Source: the human T2T-CHM13v2.0 reference genome, Homo sapiens. Taken from it: DNA of 64,000 bases. The stretch lies in the NCBI RefSeq assembly GCF_009914755.1, contig NC_060940.1; one strand, written 5' to 3'. The first letter of the stretch is position 1. Each line of letters starts with the position of its first letter. Positions 26,115 through 41,200 of this stretch are shown piece by piece. Below the pieces are notes generated by a model. It was given only the letters and a program-made list of their open reading frames with translations, did no database searches and was not told where the DNA came from. Both the position numbers and the translations under genes were made by a program.

Positions 26115-29100
26115 TTGATTCCATTCCAAGGTGATTTCATTCAAGTCCATTCGATAATTGCATTCGATTCCATTCTATGATGATTCCATTCGAGTCCATT
26201 TGATGATTCCATTCAATTCAAGTCAATGATGATTCCATTCGATTCCATTCGATGATTCCATTGGATTCCATTCGATGATGATTCCATTCAAATCCATTCG
26301 ATAATTCAATTCAAGTCCATTCGATGATGATTCCAATCGAATCCATTCAAAGATTCCATTCAGTTCCATTCGATGATTCCCTTAGATTCCATTCGATGAT
26401 TCCACTTGATTGCATTTACGATGATTCCATTCGATTCCATGTGATGATTCCATTCAATTCTATTCAATGATGTCTCCATTTGATTCCATTCGACCATGAT
26501 TGCCTTTGATTCCATTCAATGATTCCATTCGGTTCCGTTTGATGATGATTCCGTTCGATTCCATTTGATGATTCCATTTGATTCCATTGGATGAGTCCAT
26601 TCGATTACATTCGATGATTATTCCATTCGAGTGCATTAGATGATTCCATTCGAGTCCATTCGATGATTCCATTCGATTCCATTCGATGTTGATTCTGTTC
26701 AAATCCATTCGATGATTCCACTCGATTCCATTCGTTGACTCCATTTGATCCCATTTGATGATTTCCTTTGATTCCCTTTGATGATCATTCCATTTGATTC
26801 AATTCGGTGATTTCATTTGATTCCATTCAGTGATGTTTCCATTCGACTCCATTCGATGATGATTCCATTCGACTCCATTCGATTATGATTTCATTCAATT
26901 CCATTCGATAATGATTCCCTTCGAGTCCATTCGATGATTCCATTCGATTCCATTCAACGATGATTTGATTCGTGTCCATTCGATGATTCCATTTGATTCC
27001 ACTTGATGATGATTCCATTCGAGTCCATTTGATGATTCCATTCAATTCCATACTCCGATGATTTCTTTTGAGCCCACTCAATGCTTCCACTCGATTCCAT
27101 ATGATGATGACTCCATTCGATGAAATTCGATGATGACTCCATTCGCTTGCTTTCGATGATGATTCCACTTGAGTCCGTTAGAAGATTCTATTCAATTACA
27201 TTCCATGACGATTCCGTTCGAGTCCATTTGATGATTCCATTAGACTCCATTCGACGATGATTCCATTCGATGTTATTCGATGATTCCATTCGATCTCATT
27301 CGATGATGATTCCATTCAACTCCATTCGATGTTTCCATTCGAGTTCATTCTATTATTCCATTAGATTCCATTCGATGATGATTGCATTCGATTCCATTTG
27401 ATGATTGCATTCTATTTCATTTGATGATGATTCCATTCGAGTCCACTCGATGATTCCATTCGAGTCCATTTAATGAATCCATTGGTTTCAATTCTATGAT
27501 GATTACATTGGATTCCATTCGTTGATGATTTCATTCGGTTCCATTCAATGATGATTCCATTCAATTCCTTTCAATGTTTCCATTCAATTCCATACGATGA
27601 TGATTCCATTTGATTTGATTCGACAGTGAGCCATTCGATTCAATTCCATGACGATTCTATTTTATTCAATTGGTTGACATTTCCATTCGATTCCATTCGA
27701 TGATGATTCCCTTTGATTCCGTTCAAAGATGATTCCATTCTAGCCCATTCAATCATTCCATTCGATTCTATTCAATGATGATTCCATTCATGTCGATTTG
27801 GTGATTCCATTTGACTTCATTTGATGATGATTCCTTTCAAGTTCATTAGATGATTCCATTCGATTCCATTTGATGATGATCCCATTCGAGTCCATTCAGT
27901 GATTCCATTCGTTTCCATTCCATGATGATTCCATTCCTTTCCATTCAATGATTCCATTCGATTCCGTTTGATGATGATTTCATTCGAGTCCATTTGATGA
28001 TTCCATTTGATTCCATTCGATGATGATTCCATTCGAGTCCATTCGATGATTCTATTCGAATCCATTTGATGATTTCTTTTGATTATATTTGGTGATGATT
28101 CCATTGGAGTCCATTCAATGATTCCATTCTATTCCAATCGATGATGATTCCATTAGAGTCCATTTAATGATTCCATTTGATTCCAGTCTCTGATGATTAC
28201 ATTCGAGTCCATACGATGATTCCACTCAATTCCATATGATGATGATTCCATTTGATTCCATTCGGTGATTCCGTTCTATTCTATTCAATGGTGATTCCAT
28301 TCGAGTACATTAGATGATTCCATTCGATTCCATTCAATGATGATTCTATTTGTGTCCCTTAGATGATTCCACATGATTCCATTAGATGATGATACTATTT
28401 GAGCCCATCCAATGATTCCCTTCGATTCCATTCGATGAGGATTCCATTCGATTCAATTCATTGGTGATTCTATTCAATTCAATTCTTTGATTCCATTCCA
28501 TTCCATTCGACAATGATTCCATTCGATTTCTTTCGATGATTCCACTCGATTCCACTTGACATTGATTCCATTCGATTCCATTCAATGATTCCATTTGATT
28601 CCAGTGGATGATGATTGCCATCGATTCCATTCGATCACTCCATTCTATTCCATTTGATGATGATTACATTCGATTCCATTTGATGATTCCATCTGATTCT
28701 ATTCGAGGATTCCATTTGATTCCATTCGATGATGATTCCATTCGAGTCCATTCGATGATTTCATTCGAGTACATCCAATGATTCCATTCGAGTCCATTAG
28801 ATGATTCCATTTGATTCCATTTGAAAATGATTCTACTAGAGTCCATTCAATGACTCCATTCGAGTCCATTCAACAATTCCATTCGACTCCATTCGATGAT
28901 TCCATTCGATTCCATTTGATGGTTCCATTCGAGTCCATTTAATCATTACAGTCGAGTCCGTTTGGTGATTCCACTGGATTTCTTTTGATAATGATACCAT
29001 TCAATTACATTTGATGATGATCCCATTCAATTTCATTTGATGATGATTCCATTAGAGTCCATTCGATGATTTCATTCGAGTCCCTTCATTGATTCCATCC

Positions 29101-32100
29101 GATTTCATTGGATGATGACTCCATTCGAGTCCATTCGATGATTCCACTCGATTCCATTAGATGACTCCATTGGAGTCCATTTGATTGTTCCATTCGATTC
29201 CATTCGATTCCTTTCGAAGATTATTCCATTTGAGTCCATTCGATGATGATTCCATTCCATTCCATTCGATGATTCCGTTTGATTCCATTCGATGATTCCC
29301 TTCGATTCCTTTCTTTGATGATTCCATTCCATTCCATTCAATGATTCCATTCGAATCTATTGCATGATGATTCCTTTCGATTCCATTCGCTGATGTTTCC
29401 GTTCAATTCCATTCGATGATGATTCCATTCGATTCCATTCATTGAGGATTCCATTTGATTCCATTCAATGATGATTCCATTCTATTCCATTCAATGATTG
29501 CATTCAATTCCATTCAATGATTATCCCATTAGAGTAAACTCAACGATTCCATTCAATACCATTCGATGATGATTCCTTTTGAGTCCATTCAATGATTTCA
29601 TTCAAGTCCATTTGATGATTCCTTTCAATTCCATTCTATGATGATTCCATTCGAGTCCATTCGATGATTCCATTCGATTGCATTCGATGATTCCATTATA
29701 TTCCATTCAACGGTGATTCCATTCGAGTCCATTCCATGATTCCATTAGAGTACATTTAATGATTGCTTTGTTTTCAATTCGAAGATGATTACATTGGATT
29801 CCATTCTATGATACCATTCGATTCCATTCAATGATGATTCCACTCAAATCCATTGGATGATTCCATTCGTGTCCATTCGGTGATTTCATTAGATTCCATT
29901 CGAGGATGATTCCATTCGATTCCATTCGATGATTCCATTCAATTCCATTCGATGATGATTCCATTCCAGTCCATATGATCATTCCATTTGATTTCATTCG
30001 ATGATGATTCCATTCGATTCGATTCGACGATTCCATTCTATTCCATTCGATGATGATTCCATTCGAGTCCATTCGATGATTCCATTCGAGTCCATTTAAT
30101 GATTCCATTGGGTTCAATTTAATGATGATTACATTGGATTCCGTTCTATGATTCCATTCAATTCCGTTCATTGACAATTTGATTCCATTCGATGATGATT
30201 CCATTTGAGTTCATTCGATGATTCTATTCGATTCTCTTCGATGGTGATTCAATTCTATTATATTGGATGATTCCATTCGATTCCATTTGATGTTGATTCA
30301 ATTCGATTCTATTCGATGATGATTCCATTGGATTTCACTTGATGATTCTATTCGATTCCATTCAATGATGATTCACTTCTCGTCCATTGGATGATTCCAT
30401 TTCATTCCATTCGATGATGATTCCATTCGATTCCATTCGATGATTCCATTTGATTCCATTCGACGGTGAGCAATTCGATTCAATTCCATGATGATTCTAT
30501 TTGGTTCAATTAGATGATGTTTCCATTCGAATCCATTCCATGATTATTCCATTGGAATCCATTCGGCGATGATTCCATATGAGTCAATTCAATGATGATT
30601 CCATATGGGTCCGTTCGATGATAATTCCATTTGATTTCATTCGATGCTTCTATTCTATTCCAGTCGATGATGATTCCGTTGGAGTCCATACGATGATTCC
30701 ATTTGATTTCATTTGATGATGGTTCCATTCGATGATGATTACATTGGATTCCATTCTATGATTCCATTCAATTCCATTCGTTGATGATTCGATTCCATTC
30801 AATGATGATTCCATTTGAGTTCATTCGATGATTCTATTCGATTCCGTTCGATGGTGATTCAATTCTATTATATTGGATGATTCCACTCGATTCCATTTGA
30901 TGATTATTCCATTGGAGTCCACTTAGTGAATCCTTTAGATTCTACTCGACGATGATTCCATTCGAGTCCATTCGATGATACCATTCAATTCCATTCGTTG
31001 ATGCTTCCATTCAAGTGCATTCGATGATATCATTCGATTCCATTTGATGATAATTCCATTTGATTCCGTGCGATGATTCTATTCGATTCCATTCAATGAT
31101 AATTCCATTCAATTCAGTGATTCCTCTGGACTCCATTTGATGATGATTCCATTCAATGATTCCATTCGATTCTATTCGAAAATGATTCCATTTGAATCCA
31201 TTTGATGATGATTCCATTAGATTCCATTTGATGATTCCATTCGATTCCATTCGACGATGATTCCATTCGATTCCGTTTGATGATTCCATTCTATTCTATT
31301 CGATGATGATTCCATTCGATTCCATTCGATGATGATTGGATTCGATTCCATTTGATGATTTCATTTGATTCCATTCGTTAATGATTTCGATCAATTCCAT
31401 TCGATGATTCCATTCGATTCCATTTGATAATGATTACATCCGAGTCCATTCGATGATTCCCTTTGAGCCTGTTCGATAATTCCATTTGAGTCCAACCAAT
31501 GATTCCATTCATTTCCATTCAATGATTCCATTCGAGTCCATTTGATCATTCCGGTAGGGTCCATTCGATGTTGATTCCATTGGAGTGCATTCGATGATTC
31601 CATTCGAGTCCATTTTAGGATTTGATTCGAGTCCTTTCGATGATTCCATTCGATTCCACTCGATGATGATTTCATTCGAGTCCATTCGACACTTCCAATC
31701 GATTCCATTTGATGATTCCATTCGAGTCCAATTGATGATTCCATTCAATTCCATTCGATGATGATTCCGTACGATTCCATTCTGTGATGATTCCATGTGA
31801 TTGCATTCAATGATGATTCCTTTCGATTGTATTCGATTATGATTCATTTCGTGTTCATTCTATGGTTCCACAGGTTTCCATTCGTGTCCATTCCATTATT
31901 CCATTCTATTCCATTTGATGATGATTCCATTCGATTCCATTCATTGGTGATTCCACTCAATTCCATTCAATGATTCCATTCCATTTCTTTCAACAATGAT
32001 TCCATTAGTTTCTAATCGATGATCCACTTGATTCCATTTGACGACGATTCCATTCTTGTCCATTCGATGATTCCATTTGATTCCATATGATGATGATTCC

Positions 32101-32226
32101 ATTCGATTCCATACCATGATGATTCCATTCGAGTCCATTCAATGGTGATTCCATTCAATTCCATTCGATGATTCCTTTTGATTCCATTCGATGATGATGG
32201 CATTCGATTCCTTTCAATCATTCCCT
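26115..32226 (+). repeat. Higher-order unit 5, 6112 bp (reference unit)
   Basis: ORF pairs offset by exactly 6112 (24899/31011, 25829/31941, 26460/32572, 27817/33929). Confidence 0.93.
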
Positions 32227-35200
32227 TTGATTCCATTCAAAGGTGATTTCATTCAAGTCCATTCGATAATTGCATTCGATTCCATTCTATGATGATTCCA
32301 TTCGAGTCCATTTGATGATTCCATTCAATTCAAGTCAATGATGATTCCATTCGATTCCATTCGATGATTCCATTGGATTCCATTCGATGATGATTCCATT
32401 CAAATCCATTCGATAATTCAATTCAAGTCCATTCGATGATGATTCCAATCGAATCCATTCAAAGATTCCATTCAGTTCCATTCGATGATTCCCTTAGATT
32501 CCATTCGATGATTCCACTTGATTGCATTTACGATGATTCCATTCGATTCCATGTGATGATTCCATTCAATTCTATTCAATGATGTCTCCATTTGATTCCA
32601 TTCGACCATGATTGCCTTTGATTCCATTCAATGATTCCATTCGGTTCCGTTTGATGATGATTCCGTTCGATTCCATTTGATGATTCCATTTGATTCCATT
32701 GGATGAGTCCATTCGATTACATTCGATGATTATTCCATTCGAGTGCATTAGATGATTCCATTCGAGTCCATTCGATGATTCCATTCGATTCCATTCGATG
32801 TTGATTCTGTTCAAATCCATTCGATGATTCCACTCGATTCCATTCGTTGACTCCATTTGATCCCATTCGATGATTTCCTTTGATTCCCTTTGATGATCAT
32901 TCCATTTGATTCAATTCGGTGATTTCATTTGATTCCATTCAGTGATGTTTCCATTCGACTCCATTCGATGATGATTCCATTCGACTCCATTCGATTATGA
33001 TTTCATTCAATTCCATTCGATAATGATTCCCTTCGAGTCCATTCGATGATTCCATTCGATTCCATTCAACGATGATTTGATTCGTGTCCATTCGATGATT
33101 CCATTTGATTCCACTTGATGATGATTCCATTCGAGTCCATTTGATGATTCCATTCAATTCCATACTCCGATGATTTCTTTTGAGCCCACTCAATGCTTCC
33201 ACTCGATTCCATATGATGATGACTCCATTCGATGAAATTCGATGATGATTCCATTCGCTTGCTTTCGATGATGATTCCACTTGAGTCCGTTAGAAGATTC
33301 TATTCAATTACATTCCATGACGATTCCGTTCGAGTCCATTTGATGATTCCATTAGACTCCATTCGACGATGATTCCATTCGATGTTATTCGATGATTCCA
33401 TTCGATCTCATTCGATGATGATTCCATTCAACTCCATTCGATGTTTCCATTCGAGTTCATTCTATTATTCCATTAGATTCCATTCGATGATGATTCCATT
33501 CGATTCCATTTGATGATTGCATTCTATTTCATTTGATGATGATTCCATTCGAGTCCACTCGATGATTCCATTCGAGTCCATTTAATGAATCCATTGGTTT
33601 CAATTCTATGATGATTACATTGGATTCCATTCGTTGATGAATTCATTCGGCTCCATTCAATGATGATTCCATTCAATTCCTTTCAATGTTTCCATTCAAT
33701 TCCATACGATGATGATTCCATTTGATTTGATTCGACAGTGAGCCATTCGATTCAATTCCATGATGATTCTATTTGATTCAATTGGTTGACATTTCCATTC
33801 GATTCCATTCGATGATGATTCCCTTTGATTCCGTTCAAAGATGATTCCATTCTAGCCCATTCAATCATTCCATTCGATTCTATTCAATGATGATTCCATT
33901 CATGTCGATTTGGTGATTCCATTTGACTTCATTTGATGATGATTCCTTTCAAGTTCATTAGATGATTCCATTCGATTCCATTTGATGATGATCCCATTCG
34001 AGTCCATTCAGTGATTCCATTCGTTTCCATTCCATGATGATTCCATTCCTTTCCATTCAATGATTCCATTCGATTCCGTTTGATGATGATTTCATTCGAG
34101 TCCATTTGATGATTCCATTTGATTCCATTCGATGATGATTCCATTCGAGTCCATTCGATGATTCTATTCGAATCCATTTGATGATTTCTTTTGATTATAT
34201 TTGGTGATGATTCCATTGGAGTCCATTCAATGATTCCATTCTATTCCAATCGATGATGATTCCATTAGAGTCCATTTAATGATTCCATTTGATTCCAGTC
34301 TCTGATGATTACATTCGAGTCCATACGATGATTCCACTCAATTCCATATGATGATGATTCCATTCGATTCCATTCGATGATTCCATTCTATTCTATTCAA
34401 TGGTGATTCCATTCGAGTACATTAGATGATTCCATTCGATTCCATTCAATGATGATTCTATTTGTGTCCCTTAGATGATTCCACATGATTCCATTAGATG
34501 ATGATACTATTTGAGCCCATCCAATGATTCCCTTCGATTCCATTCGATGAGGATTCCATTCGATTCAATTCATTGGTGATTCTATTCAATTCAATTCTTT
34601 GATTCCATTCCATTCCATTCGACAATGATTCCATTCGATTTCTTTCGATGATTCCACTCGATTCCACTTGACATTAATTCCATTCGATTCCATTCAATGA
34701 TTCCATTTGATTCCAGTGGATGATGATTGCCATCGATTCCATTCGATCACTCCATTCTATTCCATTTGATGATGATTACATTCGATTCCATTTGATGATT
34801 CCATCTGATTCTATTCGAGGATTCCATTTGATTCCATTCGATGATGATTCCATTCGAGTCCATTCGATGATTTCATTCGAGTACATCCAATGATTCCATT
34901 CGTGTCCATTTGATGATTCCATTTGTTTCCATTTGATTATGATTCTACTAGAGTCCATTCAATGACTCCATTCGAGTGCATTCAACAATTCCATTCGACT
35001 CCATTCGATGATTGCATTCGATTCCATTTGATGATTCCATTCGAGTCCATTTAATCATTACAGTCGAGTCCATTTGGTGATTCCACTGGATTTCTTTTGA
35101 TAATGATACCATTCCATTACATTTGATGATGATCCCATTCAATTTCATTTGATGATGATTCCCTTAGAGTCCATTCGATGATTTCATTCGAGTCCTTTCA

Positions 35201-38200
35201 TTGATTCCATCCGATTTCATTTGATGATGACTCCATTCGAGTCCATTCGATGATTCCACTCGATTTCATTAGATGATTCCATTGGAGTCCATTTCATTGT
35301 TCCATTCGATTCCATTCGATTCCTTTCGAAGATTATTCCATTTGAGTCCATTCGATGATGATTACATTCCATTCCATTCGATGATTCCATTTGATTCCAT
35401 TTGATGATTCCCTTCGATTCCTTTCTTTGATGACTGCATTCCATTCCATTCAATGTTTCCATTCGAATCTATTCCATGATGATTCCTTTCGATTCCATTC
35501 GCTGATGTTTCCGTTCAATTCCATTCGATGATGATTCCATTCGATTCCATTCATTGAGGATTCCATTTGATTCCATTCAATGATGATTCCGTTCTATTCC
35601 ATTCAATGATTGCATTCAATTCCATTCAATGATTATCCCATTAGAGTAAACTCAACGATTCCATTCAATACCATTCGATGATGATTCCTTTTGAGTTCAT
35701 TCAATGATTTCATTCAAGTCCATTTGATGATTCCTTTCAATTCCATTCTATGATGATTCCATTCGAGTCCATTCGATGATTCCATTCGATTGCATTCCAT
35801 GATTCCATTATATTCCATTCAACGGTGATTCCATTCGAGTCCATTCGATGATTCCATTAGAGTACATTTAATGATTGCTTTGTTTTCAATTCGAAGATGA
35901 TTACATTCGATTCCATTCTATGATACCATTCGATTCCATTCAATGATGATTCCACTCAAATCCATTGGATGATTCCATTCGTGTCCATTCGGTGATTTCA
36001 TTAGATTCCATTCGAGGATGATTCCTTTCGATTCCATTCGATGATTCCATTCAATTCCATTCGATGATGATTCCATTCGAGTCCATATGATCATTCCATT
36101 TGATTTCATTCGATGATGATTCCATTCGATTCCATTCGATGATTCCATTCTATTCCTTTCGATGATGATTCCATTCGAGTCCATTCGATGATTCCATTCG
36201 AGTCCATTTAATGATTCCATTGGGTTCAATTCGATGATGATTACATTGGATTCCGTTCTATGATTCCATTCAATTCCGTTCATTGACAATTTGATTCCAT
36301 TCGATGATGATTCCATTTGAGTTCATTCGATGATTCTATTCGATTCTCTTCGATGGTGATTCAATTATATTATATTGGATGATGCCATTCGATTCCATTT
36401 GATGTTGATTCAATTCGATTCTATTTGATGATGATTCCATTGGATTTCACTTGATGATTCTATTCGATTCCATTCAATGATGATTCACTTCTCGTCCATT
36501 GGATGGTTCCATTTCATTCCATTCGATGATGATTCCATTCGATTCCATTCGATGATTCCATTTGATTCCATTCGACGGTGACCAATTCGATTCAATTCCA
36601 TGATGATTCTATTTGATTCAATTAGATGATGTTTCCATTCGAATCCATTCCATGATTATTCCATTGGAATCCATTCGGCGATGATTCCATATGAGTCAAT
36701 TCAATGATGATTCCATATGGGTCCGTTCGATGATAATTCCATTTGATTTCATTCGATGCTTCTATTCAATTCCAGTTGATGATGATTCCGTTGGAGTCCA
36801 TACGATGATTCCATTTGATTTCATTTGATGATGATTCCATTCGATTCCATTCGATGATGATTACATTGGATTCCATTCTATGATTCCATTCAATTCCATT
36901 CGTTGATGATTCGATTCCATTCAATGATGATTCCATTTGAGTTCATTCGATGATTCTATTCGATTCCGTTCGATGGTGATTCAATTCTCTTATATTGGAT
37001 GATTCCACTCGATTCCATTTGATGATTATTCCATTGGAGTCCACTTAGTGAATCCTTTAGATTCTACTCGAAGATGATTCCATTCGAGTCCATTCGATGG
37101 TACCATTCAATTCCATTCGTTGATGCTTCCATTCAAGTGCATTCGATGATATCATTCGATTCCATTTGATGATAATTCCATTTGATTCCATGCGATGATT
37201 CTATTCGATTCCATTCAATGATAATTCCATTCAATTCAGTGATTCCTCTGGACTCCATTTGATGATGATTCCATTCAATGATTCCATTCGATTCTATTCG
37301 AAAATGATTCCATTTGAATCCATTTGATGATGATTCCATTAGATTCCATTTGATGATTCTATTCGATTCCATTCGACGATGATTCCATTCGATTCCATTT
37401 GATGATTCCATTATATTCTATTCGATGATGATTCCATTCGATTCCATTCGATGATGATTGGATTCGATTCCATTTGATGATTTCATTTGATTCCATTCGA
37501 TAATGATTTTGATCAATTCCATTCGATGATTCCATTCGATTCCATTCGATAATGATTACATCCGAGTCCATTCGATGATTCCATTTGAGCCCGTTCGATA
37601 ATTCCATTTGAGTCCAATCAATGATTGCATTCATTTCCATTCAATGATTCCATTCGAGTCCATTTGATCATTCCGGTAGGGTCCGTTCGATGTTGATTCC
37701 ATTGGAGTGCATTCGATGATTCCATTCGAGTCCAATTTATGATTTGGTTCGAGTCCTTTCGATGATTCCATTCGATTCCACTCGATGATGATTTCATTCG
37801 AGTCCATTCGACACTTCCAATCGATTCCATTTGATGTTTCCTTTCGAGTCCAATTGATGATTCCATTCAATTCCATTCGATGATGATTCCGTACGATTCC
37901 ACTCTGTGATGATTCCAAGTGATTGCATTCAATGATGATTCCTTTCGATTGCATTCGATTATGATTCATTTCGTGTTCATTCTATGGTTCCACAGGTTTC
38001 CATTCGTGTCCATTCCATTATTCCATTCTATTCCATTTGATGATGATTCCATTCGATTCCATTCATTGGTGATTCCACTCAATTCCATTCAATGATTCCA
38101 TTCCATTTCTTTCAACAATGATTCCATTAGTTTCTAATCGATGATCCACTTGATTCCATTTGACGACGATTCCATTCTTGTCCATTCGATGATTCCATTT

Positions 38201-41200
38201 GATTCCATATGATGATGATTCCATTCGATTCCATACCATGATGATTCCATTCGAGTCCATTCAATGGTGATTCCATTCAATTCCATTCGATGATTCCTTT
38301 CGATTCCATTCAATGATGATGGCATTCGATTCCTTTCAATCATTCCCTTTGATTCCATTGAAAGGTGATTTCATTCAAGTCCATTCGATAATTGCATTCG
38401 ATTCCATTCTATGATGATTCCATTCGAGTCCATTTGATGATTCCATTCAATTCAAGTCAATGATGATTCCATTCAATTCCATTCGACGATTCCATTGGAT
38501 TCCATTCGATGATGATTCCATTCAAATCCATTCGATAATTCAATTCAAGTCCATTCGATGATGATTCCAATCGAATCCATTCAAAGATTCCATTCTGTTC
38601 CATTCGATGATTCCCTTAGATTCCATTCGATGATTCCACTTGATTGCATTTACGATGATTCCATTCGATTCCATGTGATGATTCCATTCAATTCTATTCA
38701 ATGATGTCTCCATTTGATTCCATTCGACCATGATTGCCTTTGATTCCATTCAATGATTCCATTCGGTTCCGTTTGATGATGATTCCGTTCGATTCCATTT
38801 GATGATTCCATTTGATTCCATTGGATGAGTCCATTCGATTACACTCGATGATTATTCCATTCGAGTGCATTAGATGATTCCATTCGAGTCCATTCGATGA
38901 TTCCATTCGATTCCATTCGATGTTGATTCTGTTCAAATCCATTCGATGATTCCACTCGATTCCATTCGTTGACTCCATTTGATCCCATTCGATGATTTCC
39001 TTTGATTCCCTTTGATGATCATTCCATTTGATTCAATTCGGTGATTTCATTTGATTCCATTCAGTGATGTTTCCATTCGACTCCATTCGATGATGATTCC
39101 ATTCGACTCCATTCGATTATGATTTCATTCAATTCCATTCGATAATGATTCCCTTCGAGTCCATTCGATGATTCCATTCGATTCCATTCAACGATGATTT
39201 GATTCGTGTCCATTCGATGATTCCATTTGATTCCACTTGACGATGATTCCATTCGAGTCCATTTGATGATTCCATTCAATTCCATACTCCGATGATTTCT
39301 TTTGAGCCCACTCAATGCTTCCACTCGATTCCATATGATGATGACTCCATTCGATGAAATTCGATGATGATTCCATTCGCTTGCTTTCGATGATGATTCC
39401 ACTTGAGTCCGTTAGAAGATTCTATTCAATTACATTCCATGACGATTCCGTTCGAGTCCATTTGATGATTCCATTAGACTCCATTCGACGATGATTCCAT
39501 TCGATGTTATTCCATGATTCCATTCGATCTCATTCGATGATGATTCCATTCAACTCCATTCGATGTTTCCATTCGAGTTCATTCTATTATTCCATTAGAT
39601 TCCATTCGATGATGATTCCATTCGATTCCATTTGATGATTGCATTCTATTTCATTTGATGATGATTCCATTCGAGTCCACTCGATGATTCCATTCGAGTC
39701 CATTTAATGAATCCATTGGTTTCAATTCTATGATGATTACATTGGATTCCATTCGTTGATGAATTCATTCGGCTCCATTCAATGATGATTCCATTCAATT
39801 CCTTTCAATGTTTCCATTCAATTCCATACGATGATGATTCCATTTGATTTGATTCGACAGTGAGCCATTCGATTCAATTCCATGATGATTCTATTTGATT
39901 CAATTGGTTGACATTTCCATTCGATTCCATTCGATGATGATTCCCTTTGATTCCGTTCAAAGATGATTCCATTCTAGCCCATTCAATCATTCCATTCGAT
40001 TCTATTCAATGATGATTCCATTCATGTCGATTTGGTGATTCCATTTGACTTCATTTGATGATGATTCCTTTCAAGTTCATTAGATGATTCCATTCGATTC
40101 CATTTGATGATGATCCCATTCGAGTCCATTCAGTGATTCCATTCGTTTCCATTCCATGATGATTCCATTCCTTTCCATTCAATGATTCCATTCGATTCCG
40201 TTTGATGATGATTTCATTCGAGTCCATTTGATGATTCCATTTGATTCCATTCGATGATGATTCCATTCGAGTCCATTCGATGATTCTATTCGAATCCATT
40301 TGATGATTTCTTTTGATTATATTTGGTGATGATTCCATTGGAGTCCATTCAATGATTCCATTCGATTCCAATTGATGATGATTCCATTAGAGTCCATTTA
40401 ATGATTCCATTTGATTCCAGTCTCTGATGATTACATTCGAGTCCATACGATGATTCCACTCAATTCCATATGATGATGATTCCATTCGATTCCATTCGAT
40501 GATTCCATTCTATTCTATTCAATGGTGATTCCATTCGAGTACATTAGATGATTCCATTCGATTCCATTCAATGATGATTCTATTTGTGTCCCTTAGATGA
40601 TTCCACATGATTCCATTACATGATGATACTATTTGAGCCCATCCAATGATTCCCTTCGATTCCATTCGATGAGGATTCCATTCGATTCAATTCATTGGTG
40701 ATTCTATTCAATTCAATTCTTTGATTCCATTCCATTCCATTCGACAATGATTCCATTCGATTTCTTTCGATGATTCCACTCGATTCCACTTGACATTGAT
40801 TCCATTCGATTCCATTCAATGATTCCATTTGATTCCAGTGGATGATGATTGCCATCGATTCCATTCGATCACTCCATTCTATTCCATTTGATGATGATTA
40901 CATTCGATTCCATTTGATGATTCCATCTGATTCTATTCGAGGATTCCATTTGATTCCATTCGATGATGATTCCATTCGAGTCCATTCGATGATTTCATTC
41001 GAGTACATCCAATGATTCCATTCGTGTCCATTTGATGATTCCATTTGTTTCCATTTGATTATGATTCTACTAGAGTCCATTCAATGACTCCATTCGAGTG
41101 CATTCAACAATTCCATTCGACTCCATTCGATGATTGCATTCGATTCCATTTGATGATTCCATTCGAGTCCATTTAATCATTACAGTCGAGTCCATTTGGT

